The notes beneath the pieces are model-generated. The model was not told where the DNA came from. It was given only the letters and a program-made list of their open reading frames with translations, and did no database searches. DNA of 63,965 nucleotides, filler included, from Jimgerdemannia flammicorona (lineage: Eukaryota), in the NCBI GenBank assembly GCA_003990765.1. It is 2 parts of 2 records of this genome, joined end to end, with 100 filler letters (N's around TTAATTAATTAA, not from the genome) between each part and the next. Parts side by side here need not be neighbours in the genome. Positions count along the whole stretch, not along the records: positions 1 to 31,969 come from RBNJ01000369.1; positions 32,070 to 63,965 come from RBNJ01000372.1. One strand, written 5' to 3'. The translations under genes were made by a program, and so were the position numbers. This document shows positions 23,601 to 36,077 of the stretch, piece after piece (the first letter of the stretch is position 1; each line of letters begins with the position of its first letter).

Positions 23601-26600
23601 GCGTCGAGATCCATCTGACCCATTTGTTCAGCTCTTTGACAATTTCTCGATTATTATGGCTCAACAGCGAGTCCCAGCTGATGTGCTGCTTCTCAAAGCG
23701 GTTCAAGAGCGGCGGGTCGGCGTTTGCCACGGCGTTATTGTCCATGACGACGATGCAGCGAAAGTCTGGGTGCACTGGGCACATGGAATTTGCGTATTCG
23801 CCAAGCGCTATCAGAAAAACAAAAAAGAGATCAAAATCCCTTCGAGGATTGATGCCAATTGCAGACAAATTTCTGACAATGAAACAGTTATGGTAAAGAT
23901 CTTACCGACACGGCAGAATTTCTTTTCATGTTTGCCGGACCCAACGCTAGTGTAATTTTGGTTCCAGAGATCGTAGAGGGAGCCTTCAAAAATATGATTG
24001 CGATTGTACGGGTTAGATGCCGTCCATCGTCATCAATGGATGTATGTTATAGTTATCTTAAATACCATAAATGATCTGCAAATCCTTCAGAATCACTGGT
24101 CTGCCCTCCTCAACGCAAAGCAAGATTGTGTTGAGAACGCCGTACGCGTAGGCGGGCCCTTGATCGGCAGGAAACTGGCTGCCATAAATGACACGTGGAG
24201 TTTTAAGCACCCTGGTCACGTCGTCACCCTCGGCCGATAGGCAATTCTCCAGGACATCAATGGTGAGGTCGGTTTCACCAATGACCATGAGATGCCTGGC
24301 ATCGATGTCTCCCAGACTGGCCTTGATGCATGCGAGCGCGCTGGGAAACTCGCTCGAGTCGTCATCACGATCGCCATCATTGTGCGCACTTGGGAAGAAG
24401 CGATGATAGAGGGCTTCGGGGCTCTCCTGACCACCGCCAAAATTGCGCGCGAGAGAATTCTTTTTGACCGTGGGCGTGAGCTCCTCATGGCTACCCAGGC
24501 CTTTGATGAGTGCATAGTAGTCGCGCAGGCCGTGGAAGTTTGCAACCGGTTGCTTGAGCTGATAGTTAGTGTATTCGCTGGCCAAAATGGAGAGCTCATC
24601 ACTCCGTAGGTCAATGGAGGTGACCAACCGACGCGTCGTCTCCTCGAGATCGTTTATGCCCTGGGCGGGTTTCAGAATCCTGACCGCGCGCGACATCTTG
24701 GAAGCTGAAGATGAGAAAAAGTTACTTTGAAATTCACGGATAACAGCAACGTAGTAACCATATTTGTACTGTTACAACCGTACCATCCAGGCGCCAATTG
24801 CTGATGCCAATGACGGCGACAGGCGGGCTGCCATCCTCGGAGCCGCGTGGCTCCAACAGCGCATGTAACACCTTAAGTGGATTGTGGGGAGACGTCTCTG
24901 CTAGACCAACTGCATATATATATATATATATATATTTAAAAAAAGGCTGTTAGAATCGAACGTAAAGTCGCGAACATCATTTGCATCTCCACTATGTATG
25001 GACTCGCACCTTCGTCAAGTAGCACAACCGCTCTGGAAGGAAATCTGTTAGGGTCATGGCGGGTCTCATACCGTTGAGCCTTTGCAAACACCTTCAGAAT
25101 ACCCTCAGAGGTCGACGACGATGAGCCTTGATGTGGTATGATGTACACTTGCGGGTGAGTCTGGAAGTACGGATCGATAGAGTCTCGGCCACGTAGGTTC
25201 TCCTTGATAATCTTGACGGCGAGCGACTTCGACGCGCCAGGCGCGCCGATGAGGAACAGAGGAGTGCGCGTCAAAATGCAGGACGTCATGGAGTGCACAT
25301 TTTCCAAGAGCGCCTCATTGCAGGCGGTTAAGGGAGGCAGGCGCATGCGCGAGATGATGTCCAACTGGTCGTCACGCAAAATGTTTGCGAAGCGTTCGTT
25401 ATCCATAGCAACGCGGTTCTGTACAAAGATCTCGCACATGGCCCTGCGGTATTGCAGCCTGCTTGTCTGGTCGGAAAGCCGACCCTGGTAGCAGAGAGCG
25501 AGGGCCAGCACGATCGGACGCACATTGCGAAACAAGTCTGCAATAGGAGGATAATGATTCCTGGTCTGCCGCAGACGCGAGAGCTGACGGCGCGCAGGTG
25601 AATTGAGTTCTCGATCGAAGAAGCGTACGAAGCCAATAGCGCGCCGCACGTCGCGCAAACTAACACTGTGTGCGTCCTCGATGTCACGGATAAACTGTTG
25701 GGAACGGAAAAGTAACTCAGCAAATAAGGTGATGAAGTGAAGCGACGGGCGAGAGACGTCGCCACTGTCGCTGTGGAGCTCGAGGCCTTCAACCATGATC
25801 CCTATATATGCGCGCTCGTCACGTTCCTCGAGCACGCCATAATCCCAGATGAAGTCCAACAGCTTTTGCGGTAGCGGGTACACCTGATATACGAGTTTGC
25901 TCTGTTCCTCGTACTGTGTAGGTAGCTCGCCGCCGCCGTTCAGCCTCTCTAGACCGGCATCGTTAGCAAACCTTTTTCGGCGACGGTAAGGATTGCATGC
26001 GGCAATCAGGCAGATGTTCGAATGGATCTCGTGGCCCATAAGCACTCGATCACAGATCAGGTTGGCAAGCATGCCGAGGTGATTACACGTGTTGATTTCG
26101 TCGAGGAAAATCTGTGCAGATATGCGATCACCTGTTAAAATAAAATAAAATAAAAAAGCCTATAATAGAAGATATAATTATTTTCCCTACGTACCCAAAC
26201 CTCGCCACGCTTGGCTTCGTCTTCCGCGGCTGCCATGAACTCAATGATCTTGTCTTTAGTGATGCCGGCATGCACATCGAGCACGAGGAACTTGACCTCG
26301 GCCATGTTTGCTAGAAACGCGATCAGAGATGTCTGTTTTCAACAGAGAGAGAGGGTGTAAGTAAAGGTTCAATGTGTTTTAATTCCCCAGGATCGTGCTA
26401 AATCAAACGAGAAGCAAGCATCCGTAATGACTGACTGACCTTGCCGCAACCTGTGCAAAGGAAGCGCGATTGGCTCGAATGAGAAATCTTCACGGTACAA
26501 GTATTTCATAGAGGCGCAAAAATAGCGTGCTACTAACCAGCCTCCCCACAGAGCACAACAGGAACCCTTGCGCGAGTACGCAGCAAGATCAGCGCCATCT

Positions 26601-27905
26601 TGAGCAAATTGTCGGTGGAGAGCGCGTACGAAGGGTACGTACGCTGTACCTGACTCGTACGAGCAATCATCTCGAGAATCTTCAGCAGCTCGCTCGCCGG
26701 CATCTCCGAGCTTTTGAAATTTGCAATCAAACATTAGCCTCGGCAAATCAATAAATCCTCGTAGAGTCAGTAGGGATACTTACAATTCTGGAATCGCAAA
26801 GGTCTCTGTTTGCATGTTGGAAAACTGGAACGGTTGAGTCGCACTAGCTCCAAGCTGGGGAATGGACTGCGACATTAGCAGCTGCTTGATATTCGGTTTT
26901 ACGTGGGTTGGATTGCGGTAGAGCGTGCAGATGCAGCCTTCGTTCTGCGACTGAAAGAATACCTATCGGAATTTCGGTCAAATTTATGGATTAGCAATAA
27001 TTACACGCAAGTTCGTAGGCCTCCATAGGATTGGCATACTCACCAGCAAATGATTAGAATCGGACCACTTGGTCATCGTGTTCATGTACTCGATATAGTC
27101 GGGTGACTCCGCTGCGCTACTGTTGGTCGCAATAGAGCGTAGCGCAAAGTCATGAGATACGTCAATCAGCGCATTCACAAGAGTCGTCCGCGTGTTGGAG
27201 GCGTCAGTACCCGTCAAGTTCAAACCAACAACACTTAAGAAAGGACTCTGAGACAGATGCCGAAGCTGGTCGGCAAGGACGCGTACGAACGTGTCCAAGA
27301 GTCGCATAGACGGCGTCGTGACAATATGGTTAGTCTGAAAGTGGTCGTGTAACAGGCGGCGGCATTCAACTGGAAGGATCGGCGTAGCGGCGAGGTCTAC
27401 ATCTTCACCGTCAAGCGTACAGTTGCGCAGCGCGAAGAGGTAGCGCGACACGACCTGTGTGGGACTAACGTAGTCAATTTCCGGCATGTCAAGGGCATCG
27501 ACATTGAAAGTGAGATGTTGACGGCGGAAATGGGCAGTGAATGACACTATATCTAGCGCGGGGCTACCCTCTCCGCCCGTCCGTGCCCTACGATTGCCGT
27601 TGCCCGCCATGTTAACAGACTCCAGTTCGATAAAGACGGGAATCTCGCGTGGCAAGAAAGCCACCTCAGCTCCAGCAAATATGACACGGAGGATAAGCAG
27701 CTCAAACAAGAAGAGGTTCAACTCGGATGGGTTAGTGACTTTGCCCACAATAATATGTAAAAGCTCTTCTTCTGGATGGAGGGGCGGCTCGTGCAGCTGG
27801 CGCACGATTTCGGCACGGTCAATCATATCACAGATGAGCAGAATGCGTCGCCTGGCGTCAACCGCGGCGGCAAAGTTCTTTACGAAATGTGTCTTTCCTA
27901 CAAGC

Positions 27906-27941
<36 letters not shown>

Positions 27942-30900
27942 GTTCCCATCTTTGCAATGAAAAATATCACAATCATGCGGAGAACGAATACTCACCCTGT
28001 CCGCTGATATCACTCGTCAAAATTTGTACCGAGTCCTTAGTGATGCCGCGAATGATGTTGCCCATCGCGTCGGCACCGAGGCCATCCGTGAAGCGCACAG
28101 ACTCTGCAAATTCGTCGAAGAGGTGGTGAGGTCCATCGTCCCCGCGCACGCACACGAGGCTGAGGAAATATCGGAGGGTAGTGTGCTGAGCTTGCAATTC
28201 GCGGATTCGCTTCACGAGGAACAGCTGTGTCTCGAACGGCAGCATCTCCACTGCCGCGATACAAAAAAGCTGGTCGTCGCCGTCGGCGGCGCGGGACTCC
28301 CAGAAGCAGCGCATGAGCAGGAGGTTTAGCTCCTCTTCTGTCGTGGTCGGTTGGCATATAAGGACCTGCGAGGGCTGGGGCACACGACCGTGGTTCGCAT
28401 AGAGGGACAAGACAACGTTAGGCACGAGGTTTTGGTTGTTGCAGACTGCGACGAAGAGCTTCCGCGCAACAACAATATCCGACATAACGTGGCGTCCAAA
28501 ATTTTTGGGAATTGGCTCTGGGTTTGTAGGTAGCGGCCCGAGCACATCCTCGAGAAGCTCACTTATGTGATCCAAAGTCAGAAATTCATCAGCTTCCGAC
28601 GTCGTGTCCGAGATTGTCGGGGAAGCGTTCCTGTTGTAATAACGAAAAAGAGCCGCACACGTTTGCTTTGTCGCCACTGGATCATCCGAAAAGCCAGAGA
28701 AGAGGTCTCTGAAGACAATAAGATGTCGTCCCATGAAGTACGTAAGGAAATAACTCTTTGAACGCGACTTCTCCAAAGCTACTTCCCAGTCGGTCAGGTC
28801 ATTCGCAAACGTCGTGCGCAAGTCTTTCATCTCGGCCAGTGACTTTACAAGCGCTTCAAACTCCTGGTAGGCAAAGTGGCCAAGGCGGATCAAGTTCGCT
28901 CCAAGATCCATAATCTCGCCGACGAGGTCGACTTGGCCCACAAACTCCTTGACGCAGTCCATGACTTCTTTGTTCTGTTCGTTCAAGACCGCCGACGAGA
29001 ACTCACGACCAAACTTGTTTGTAGAATCGACGAGGAGTAGGCCGCGTCCGCGAAGGTCCACGAGGTCTGCATGGCTGTAAGTTACGCACGCGCCGCCCTT
29101 GTCGACGTACTCTAACGTGACACTGCAGGCGTTGTCACCTTTTGCGCGCTCAAAGATGTATGTGCCGTCAACAGCGTTTTTGATGCGCTCTTTCGTGGCC
29201 TCGCCGCGGTTTGAGATGTTGAGGTGAATTTGTTGGAGTGAGAGAAGGTTTTGGTTGCAGAGGAGGAGTTTCGATGCCGCATGAGGGTTCTTTTTGACAA
29301 GTGCGTTCAGCTCCTTAAGCAGATGTCTAGTGCTGGGGTTTTGTAGCAAAAGGATTGGGAGAAGCTCGCGCTTCACTTCCTCAGCCGACGTGACCAAAGG
29401 TGCTTCCTGCGCGGCACTGTCAACAAAGATCGTGCAATGGGCGATTTTGAGATTCGGAACATGTCGCAACAGGACACAACCGGTTAACTCTAGCGTCTCC
29501 TCACCTGTCATCCGTCAAGTCGTCCACGGCGTTGATCCAATTCTTGAGATCTTCATGTTCGATCTGTCGGAGGAAGGCCAAAAGCTTGGGCGTGTCCAGC
29601 AACCTACGCGAATCAAAGCGAAGCAGACGAAAGAATCATGAGCGCACGAATACACAAATGGAAACCGTGCAATTCAAAGAGAACAAGGCATCGCGACTTA
29701 CGCCTTCCACAGCTCCCACGCGCGATCGTTTACAATATCGGCTAAGTGCTCAGTAAAGAATACATTGAAATCATATATCTCCTTCAGGGAGCACGAGTAC
29801 TCCGTGTCTTGAAGGGTACTCAATTGGGCCCCGATCAAGTTCGCGAGGTTGTCAGAGCTTGCTGATGCGTTGTCTTCGTCCTCAGGAAACAATGCCTGCT
29901 TCAATTGCACAATAGCATTCATCTGTTGCACACGCTCATCGATCACAGCCAGACTCTGCAGCGCATAAACAAGGTCCTTGGCATCTGCTGAACCCTTTTC
30001 AGGCGGCCCACCATCATTTCTCCGCATAAACTCGAGTTCGCCCTCAATGGAATGAACATCATTCACTCCCTTCCAAATCCCCTTCTCAGCTTCGCACTCC
30101 AACTCGTGCCACCGTTCATAACCTCGCGCATGCTTACGAAATCTCTCCACCGCCGGCAACACGATTCTCATTGCAACGGCCTCAAAATCCCAGCGCTCTT
30201 CCGTCGCGGCCACAGAATCGATGATAATATTTTTTAGCGTTCTCGACTGGAGCAATGGATTCGCGATCTCGGCGACAGGAATGATTCCCTCATATGACGA
30301 CCACAAAATGGTGTCATCGATGCTTGCGACGCGGAGATCCTGGGCCTCTCGTTCGCGCTGAATGAGTTCGGCAAGGACACTCTTGTGATTTGTGGCCTTC
30401 GCGAGCGGGCCAAACGTCTCAACGTGAGCGCGGAGGAGGGTGAGGCGATGATGGTAACGGGCAATCGACTCATTTACTGCGTACAGAACGTCGCCCGTGA
30501 TAAGAGAGGGTGCATTTCGTTCGTCCTCGTCTTGTCGGGCAGCGCCAAAGAGATGAAGAAGGGATTTGTTAGGGTATGAGAGCACAGAAGATGCGTGGCC
30601 AATGGTGAGATCGCCCGTCACGAAGGCCGTAGCGAGGGCATTGATGCGTGTGCGAGTGGAGGCGAGGGTTTTTTGAAGTTCGGAAACTTGACCTCGGGCG
30701 CTGAGGGCGAGGGTCCAGAAACGAAGATCGGTGAGCTGCCCGATCACAACCTTCACGTCAGTATTGGCGTGGTAGATATTTTGATTGAGCTGGGAAAGGG
30801 GTTATATCAGTGTGTGAGAACGTTGTGTGAAGTCAGCGTAGGAATATGGGAAGACAGAATAAAGTCGCCACTGCTACCGTTAAAAGACATAGAAGACGGT

Positions 30901-31909
30901 ATTCCGGTGTTTACGGTACCTTATGCTCGATGATGAATTCCACCAACCTCTCGCAGAGACTGACAAAGACGAGGGAAAGTAATCGCGCAGTAAGAGTGTT
31001 ATTCACCTGATTCCCATGCCCCAGCTTCCTAACGAAAGCGAAAACATACGACTCACCGGTTTGGAACGTTCAAAGTATTCCCCTTCTCATATATCCACGC
31101 AAGACTTTCCGACACGGCTTCCTCTCCACGCGTACGATCGAGCCTTCCAGCGGCCTCACGAACGAGTATATCCTGCAACTTTTGCTTCACCAAGTCGTAG
31201 AACATTTTTAACACAGAGTCGGACCTCAGCAGTCCCACTTGCGGTGCAGCTTTCAGCAGCTGTTCGTTACTCGCCCGTTGAATGCGTGCTTTGCCCATTG
31301 CAACCAGCTCGCTTGTTGGCCACATCGCGACATCCACCTTTGGCGGGGGCACGATGAGTGAAAGCTTTTGCAGTGAATGGTAGACGACGTCCTGCTGTGG
31401 CAGCGACCTGTACCAGTTCTTGCAGTCCGTACCCATGCTAACAATGTCAATGCGCATACGCTCGAGTTGTTGCTTTGACAGCGTGAAAACAAACAAGCCG
31501 AGAAGCTTGGGCAGTAGTCCCTTGAGCCGCGGATTGGTTACGAAGCGAGCGAACACCTTGCGGAATATGTTAGCGTGCTCGGGCAAGGTGAAGAGTGAGT
31601 GGAGCAAATCCGTCGCCGGTTCCGCAAAGCCGGTATCGGCGCACGCAATGATTGCCGCGAGCTCGGGTTCCTTCCAATCATGCCACGTGTCCGTGAGAAT
31701 CGCGAGCACACGTTCGCGGTATGTGTTGCTGCACTTGGATACCAGCTGCGCCGGTAACTGTTGGTAGGTGCGCAGGAGGGAGGCCGCGCTTTCCTTTGCG
31801 AGTACCGCAGAGAGCCGGACAAGAAACTCGTTTTCCATTACCTCCTTCGCGAAGAAACTTTTAAACAGTTCGCTGTTGTAGAGGAGGACAAGGTCTTGCT
31901 GACACACGG
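17649..31909 (-). CDS. RNF213: RNF213/mysterin-like giant AAA+ ATPase and RZ-finger E3 ubiquitin ligase; about 17 exons, 5'-incomplete at the gap
   Basis: Spliced GT-AG exons rebuild RNF213 signatures in order: SGQG|KT; YALSTDNLLKM..RARVPVVLCGEAG|CGK|TSL; IFLDEINT; IAACNPYR; LVYQVYPLP; SVSLRDV; NEALLEN; GAPGASKSLA; DE|VGLAETSPHNPLKVLHALLE; IGISNWRLD; GLRDYYALIK; SLYDLWNQNY; HPDFRCIV; PLLNRFEK; RZ finger YRCVCGTTYVITNCGR|PWVESRCPTCKNVIGGQRH. Stop codon at 17,649-17,651. The symbol denotes homology, not proven orthology. Confidence 0.93.
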
Positions 31910-31969
31910 CTGCCTTAATAAGGAGCTTTTAATCATGGAAGGTCAGCCTCTTTTTTTTTTTTTTTTTTT

Positions 31970-32069
31970 NNNNNNNNNNNNNNNNNNNNNNNNNNNNNNN
32001 NNNNNNNNNNNNNTTAATTAATTAANNNNNNNNNNNNNNNNNNNNNNNNNNNNNNNNNNNNNNNNNNNN
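31970..32069. other. Artificial scaffold gap linker N44-TTAATTAATTAA-N44
   Basis: 100-bp symmetric spacer with a 12-mer (32,014-32,025) that gives stop codons in all six frames. Confidence 0.97.
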
Positions 32070-34073
32070 TTTTTTTCGCCTGACCTGGTTTTTGTGCCGT
32101 TTACATTGCTCCAAACCTAGATATCAACACAGCAACTTACCACGAAAAACTGGCGAATCCCAAAATACACATTGGTATGCTCCACTCTACTTAAGGCCCT
32201 GACCTTAAGGCACACGTCTGTTTGCAGAAGCTGCGTCCGCCCTTTTGTGCGTGAAATCCCAATTACTTCAGATCCCCTCCTGTTCGTGGTTAACAATAGG
32301 CGAAAACCTCGGGCAAAAAGACATTGGCATATAAGTAAGGTACACGCGCTTCAATTCTAGCTTTATCGAGATCGACTACACACGCACCTGGCTGATCCTT
32401 AGTGGGGGCTGAAGCTTTCGTAAGAACTTAAGATGGCACGTTCTTATGGTTATAAAATTACTGTTAAGTCGTATACATTAGAGAGAATCAGTTTATTCAA
32501 GAATTATGTCTAGTCAAGACACTACATATTTAGATGGGGTATCTAGGGTATTCATGTGTGTAATTCGGCAAGGATTGTTGATAGACAAAATGGAGCTCAT
32601 CGTATTTTCCCCTCATCTTGTTAATGTGCCGTTGTTTCCATAACCACGCCAACTCGACATATCTGACAAATTGGGTTTGCTCCAAGTGCACAAACCCAAT
32701 CGACCCAGATAATGGTCGACGATTGGTTTGCTGCCTCGATCTTGCTCCGTTTCTGGCTTGAATACGATGTCATAAAAAAAAAAAGCCAATTGGACCTATT
32801 CGTCAGGGGTTCAATTTGAATCATAAACTTCAGTTGGGTGGTCGTACAACAGCAGCAAAAAAAGTAGTGCCTGGCCAATGCTTCCCTCTTACGTACATTG
32901 ACGAGCCTCATTGGCGTGTTTTTTAAACCAGGTCTTGCATTATAAGTGCCAACACGTTCAATAACCAAACACTTGCAAAAGGAACAAAAAAAAAAAAAAA
33001 AGGATGTCGTGACCAATGAAGAAAAGAAGGGGAAAAGTAAATGCGGATTCTAACAGCGTGATGCCACTTTCCGTCATGTTGTTTACTTGCCATAATTATC
33101 CGTTCGGCTTGAAAGTAACCCGGAAAGTGAAATGATGTCTGCTGGTCTGACTACCAAAAAGATGGCCGCAAAGGCTAGTCATCAATCCGCAATACCATTC
33201 CAAGCGATAAACCAATTTAACGAAACGACCTGACTGAGGAAATCCATCAATTTGCTAATTAAGACATGCTATGAACACCACGAGCGTTGTCTTCCAATAA
33301 GCACATGCTCAATAAATCCTCCGATCCATCACAACGAAAATGGAGAATGGATAACAAATATTTATTGTGGCTGATACCAGCATTACCGCTTTTTGGGCCC
33401 CCAAGCATGTAGAATTAAGGAGGTTCATGCTAAACGACGAATCCAGTAACGTCATTGAAGTCGAGTAGGTATCCACCAAGAGAACTCGAAGCTCGATAAA
33501 AAAGTCGAAAGAAGCCGATAGTGATTAGGGATAGCGTTAGGGTAGTAAGAGAGGGTAGAAGGGAGAGGGGGCGGATTCCAAGAATGATGGCGTACGTGAC
33601 AACGTTCACTTGGATGACGTCTTCTGACCAAAGGATGGGGTCACATTGTCGATATTTGTAATCGATGTGATTCCGTAATTCGTCAAGGAAATTGAGTGGA
33701 GTCAGTTTGTTGGTGAGTTGTTTGAAGATGTGTGGGGGCAGGGTGGGTGGGTGGGTGGGTGGGTGGTGGTGGCTGTATGAGATGTGAACGAGCCAGTGAC
33801 TAAAAAAGGGCACTGCTTCTGTAGGAATGTTCTGTCACAAGATTTGCGGGACCTTCCTGCGTGGTGGTATAATTACTGACGGAACCGAAAATGATGTCGT
33901 TGGTGGACGTGGAGATTATGGGGTACACTTGACGAAATCGGTCAGTGGAATGTTCGTAATATTATAGTTAAGGAATTGGGGGGTGAAACGTGCCCAAGGC
34001 AGACATGGTGGCCGTCGCCGCAGACATAATGAGGCTCGAGATTTGTAAATGAGATGAGTTGTGCACGTGCCCA

Positions 34074-34613
34074 TTAGTTCTTGGTCTTGCGACGGCGGGA
34101 GGAACCGAACCATTTTGAATTCTTGCGTTGTGGGTCTTGCGGCGCTTGCGGCACTTGCGACACTTGCGGCGATGTCGTGGGTGGGGGGGTGGGGGGAAGC
34201 GGCGGAATGGTGTATGGGACATCATGTTCGCTACCGACGACGGGCAAGGCATCGTCGTCGCCACCGTTTGCCCAAACCCTCTGCTTGCGGCGGGCCTCCT
34301 CGAACATGCCGAACCAGTTTTGAGGCACCGGATATCTGAGAGACTTGCGCCACATTTCGATGGAGGGATTCCCAGTACTGTCAAAAGCGTCGAAGGCAGA
34401 GAAATCGCCAGGGAGATAACGCGCCTCGGACCAACGCATGGGGACGGCGTCCTCACGGAGGAGGTTGAAGCAGCACATGTCGTCGTTCCAACCCTCGAAG
34501 AGGGCGAGCTTGACAGAGTTGATCTTGAGAAGGTACAGCTTACCCTGCTGCAGGTCCTCAGGCTCGAGGGGCACGGCCTCCTTCATAGGGATTTCCTCTT
34601 TGACTTTGGGCAT
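34074..34613 (-). CDS. Hypothetical 179-aa single-exon protein
   Basis: ATG-initiated ORF with GC-rich codon usage and a TATA-like TTTATAAA about 85 bp upstream. Globular N-half, Pro/Gln-rich linker, basic C-terminus (SRRRKTKN). Confidence 0.6.
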   Translation of the reverse strand: MPKVKEEIPMKEAVPLEPEDLQQGKLYLLKINSVKLALFEGWNDDMCCFNLLREDAVPMRWSEARYLPGDFSAFDAFDSTGNPSIEMWRKSLRYPVPQNWFGMFEEARRKQRVWANGGDDDALPVVGSEHDVPYTIPPLPPTPPPTTSPQVSQVPQAPQDPQRKNSKWFGSSRRRKTKN

Positions 34614-36077
34614 GACTATGAGAAGTGTTTGGGGGGTGGGGGGTGAGGGGGAATGGGAAAGATAGGAAGAGAAGGGGAGAGGGGTGGAGGGGATTTATAA
34701 AGGAGGGGGATTGAAAGAATCGGAGTGGGTGCCGTTTGTGACTTTTGGATGCGATCAAATATATTGGCTCATTCTTCGGTCAATGGATCGGGCCCGGGGG
34801 ATCGCCCCAGCGTGTGTGACAATGATCGACACTCCCGAGCCTCCCCCTCCGGCAATCGGTCTTAAATGTCGTCCCCCTTCCGACAACGCCTTTGCGGCCA
34901 ATTCGGCCAGGAACACTCTGAACCCGCATCCAAACATGCTCGACAGTCGCCTCATTTGGGAATGGCTCCCTGCCATATTTCGCTCGCTTTGTCAAACGTC
35001 CCGGATAAGCCAACATGCGAGGACTTCTAACTCGGCACCTCAACTCGTGTCTTTCCACGAGTGCTAAGGAGCAATATAGAAATCTGAGCCTTCGATGATT
35101 GATAACTTGCTCGCCGTCATATATCAATTACGTCAATTGAGGCCAGCGAACAGACTGTCGATCCGCAAAGGTGATCCAAGGGCGTTTTATTTATTTTATT
35201 TTTGTACCAGATCGCCGCCGCTTGGGCATCTCAAATGGCATGGTCAAATCTTTACCCGTCATTTTTTTTTTTTTTTGGCCTCCTCTCCACTCAATCAGTG
35301 AGAAAACCGCGCTTATTCAATCTTGTGATTTATTTTTATTTTTATATACGATTGTGTCATGCTCTCCCGCTGCCGCAAGAAAGAAAGACGAAGAAAAAGA
35401 TCAATACTGATATTCTATTGAGTGTTATAAGACCCTTAATGTCGGAACAAGTATCCGAGCCTGCCATTCAATAAATGCAGCCTAATAGGTTTGTACCCAT
35501 AAGTTATAGGTGCTAATCTCAGGGGTTGAATTTTCCGAGTGTTTTGTATCCATCAAAAGGGCGGAGCTTCAATGTCTTTCACGTCAGCAATTTTATTCTC
35601 ATGATTCCAGTTACAATTATGAGGTTACGCTGCAGAAAGAGGACAACCGGAACGGGGATAACCGAGTGCTGGCTAAACTATGAATACATATGCAAAAAAA
35701 AAAAAAAATGCAAAAGAAAAAGGAAAAGAAAAGAAAACCGCTCGAGGGCATATCTACAGGTGCATTAAGCTTTCGCAAGGGATGCGCAAACTGGACATTA
35801 CTATTTATAAAGAGTAAAAGGTGGATATGTAATAGATGCATTTCTTCCAACGCGACTATGCGTGCGCCAGTGTGACGAATGTAGCGTAAAGCCTGAGACG
35901 CAGAGCAGTAAAGGCTGTGGAGACCGAGCGATTCGTACTTGGTCTCGCAAGAAAAGAAAAGAAAAAAACAATACATAAATCCTTTCAATGACCAAACTAA
36001 ACCTCCACAATCTGAATCATGGGTCTAATATATTTCTTGCCTATGCCGCTTCTCCCATCTCCTACCGTCCCCGTTCT

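Noticed and set aside
17649..31907. Treating the long minus-strand ORFs as an operon of separate genes
   Set aside because: They join through GT-AG introns in frame, and conserved motifs span the junctions.
17584..31933. Many plus-strand and alternate-frame ORFs overlapping the RNF213-like gene
   Set aside because: They are antisense or shifted shadows of GC-rich coding exons and carry no motifs of their own.
32014..32025. TTAATTAATTAA palindrome as a biological site
   Set aside because: It is centred in a symmetric N44/N44 spacer and is a six-frame-stop assembly linker.
33430..33813. 127-aa minus-strand ORF
   Set aside because: No clear ATG or domain, and partly simple-repeat (GGGT)n sequence.
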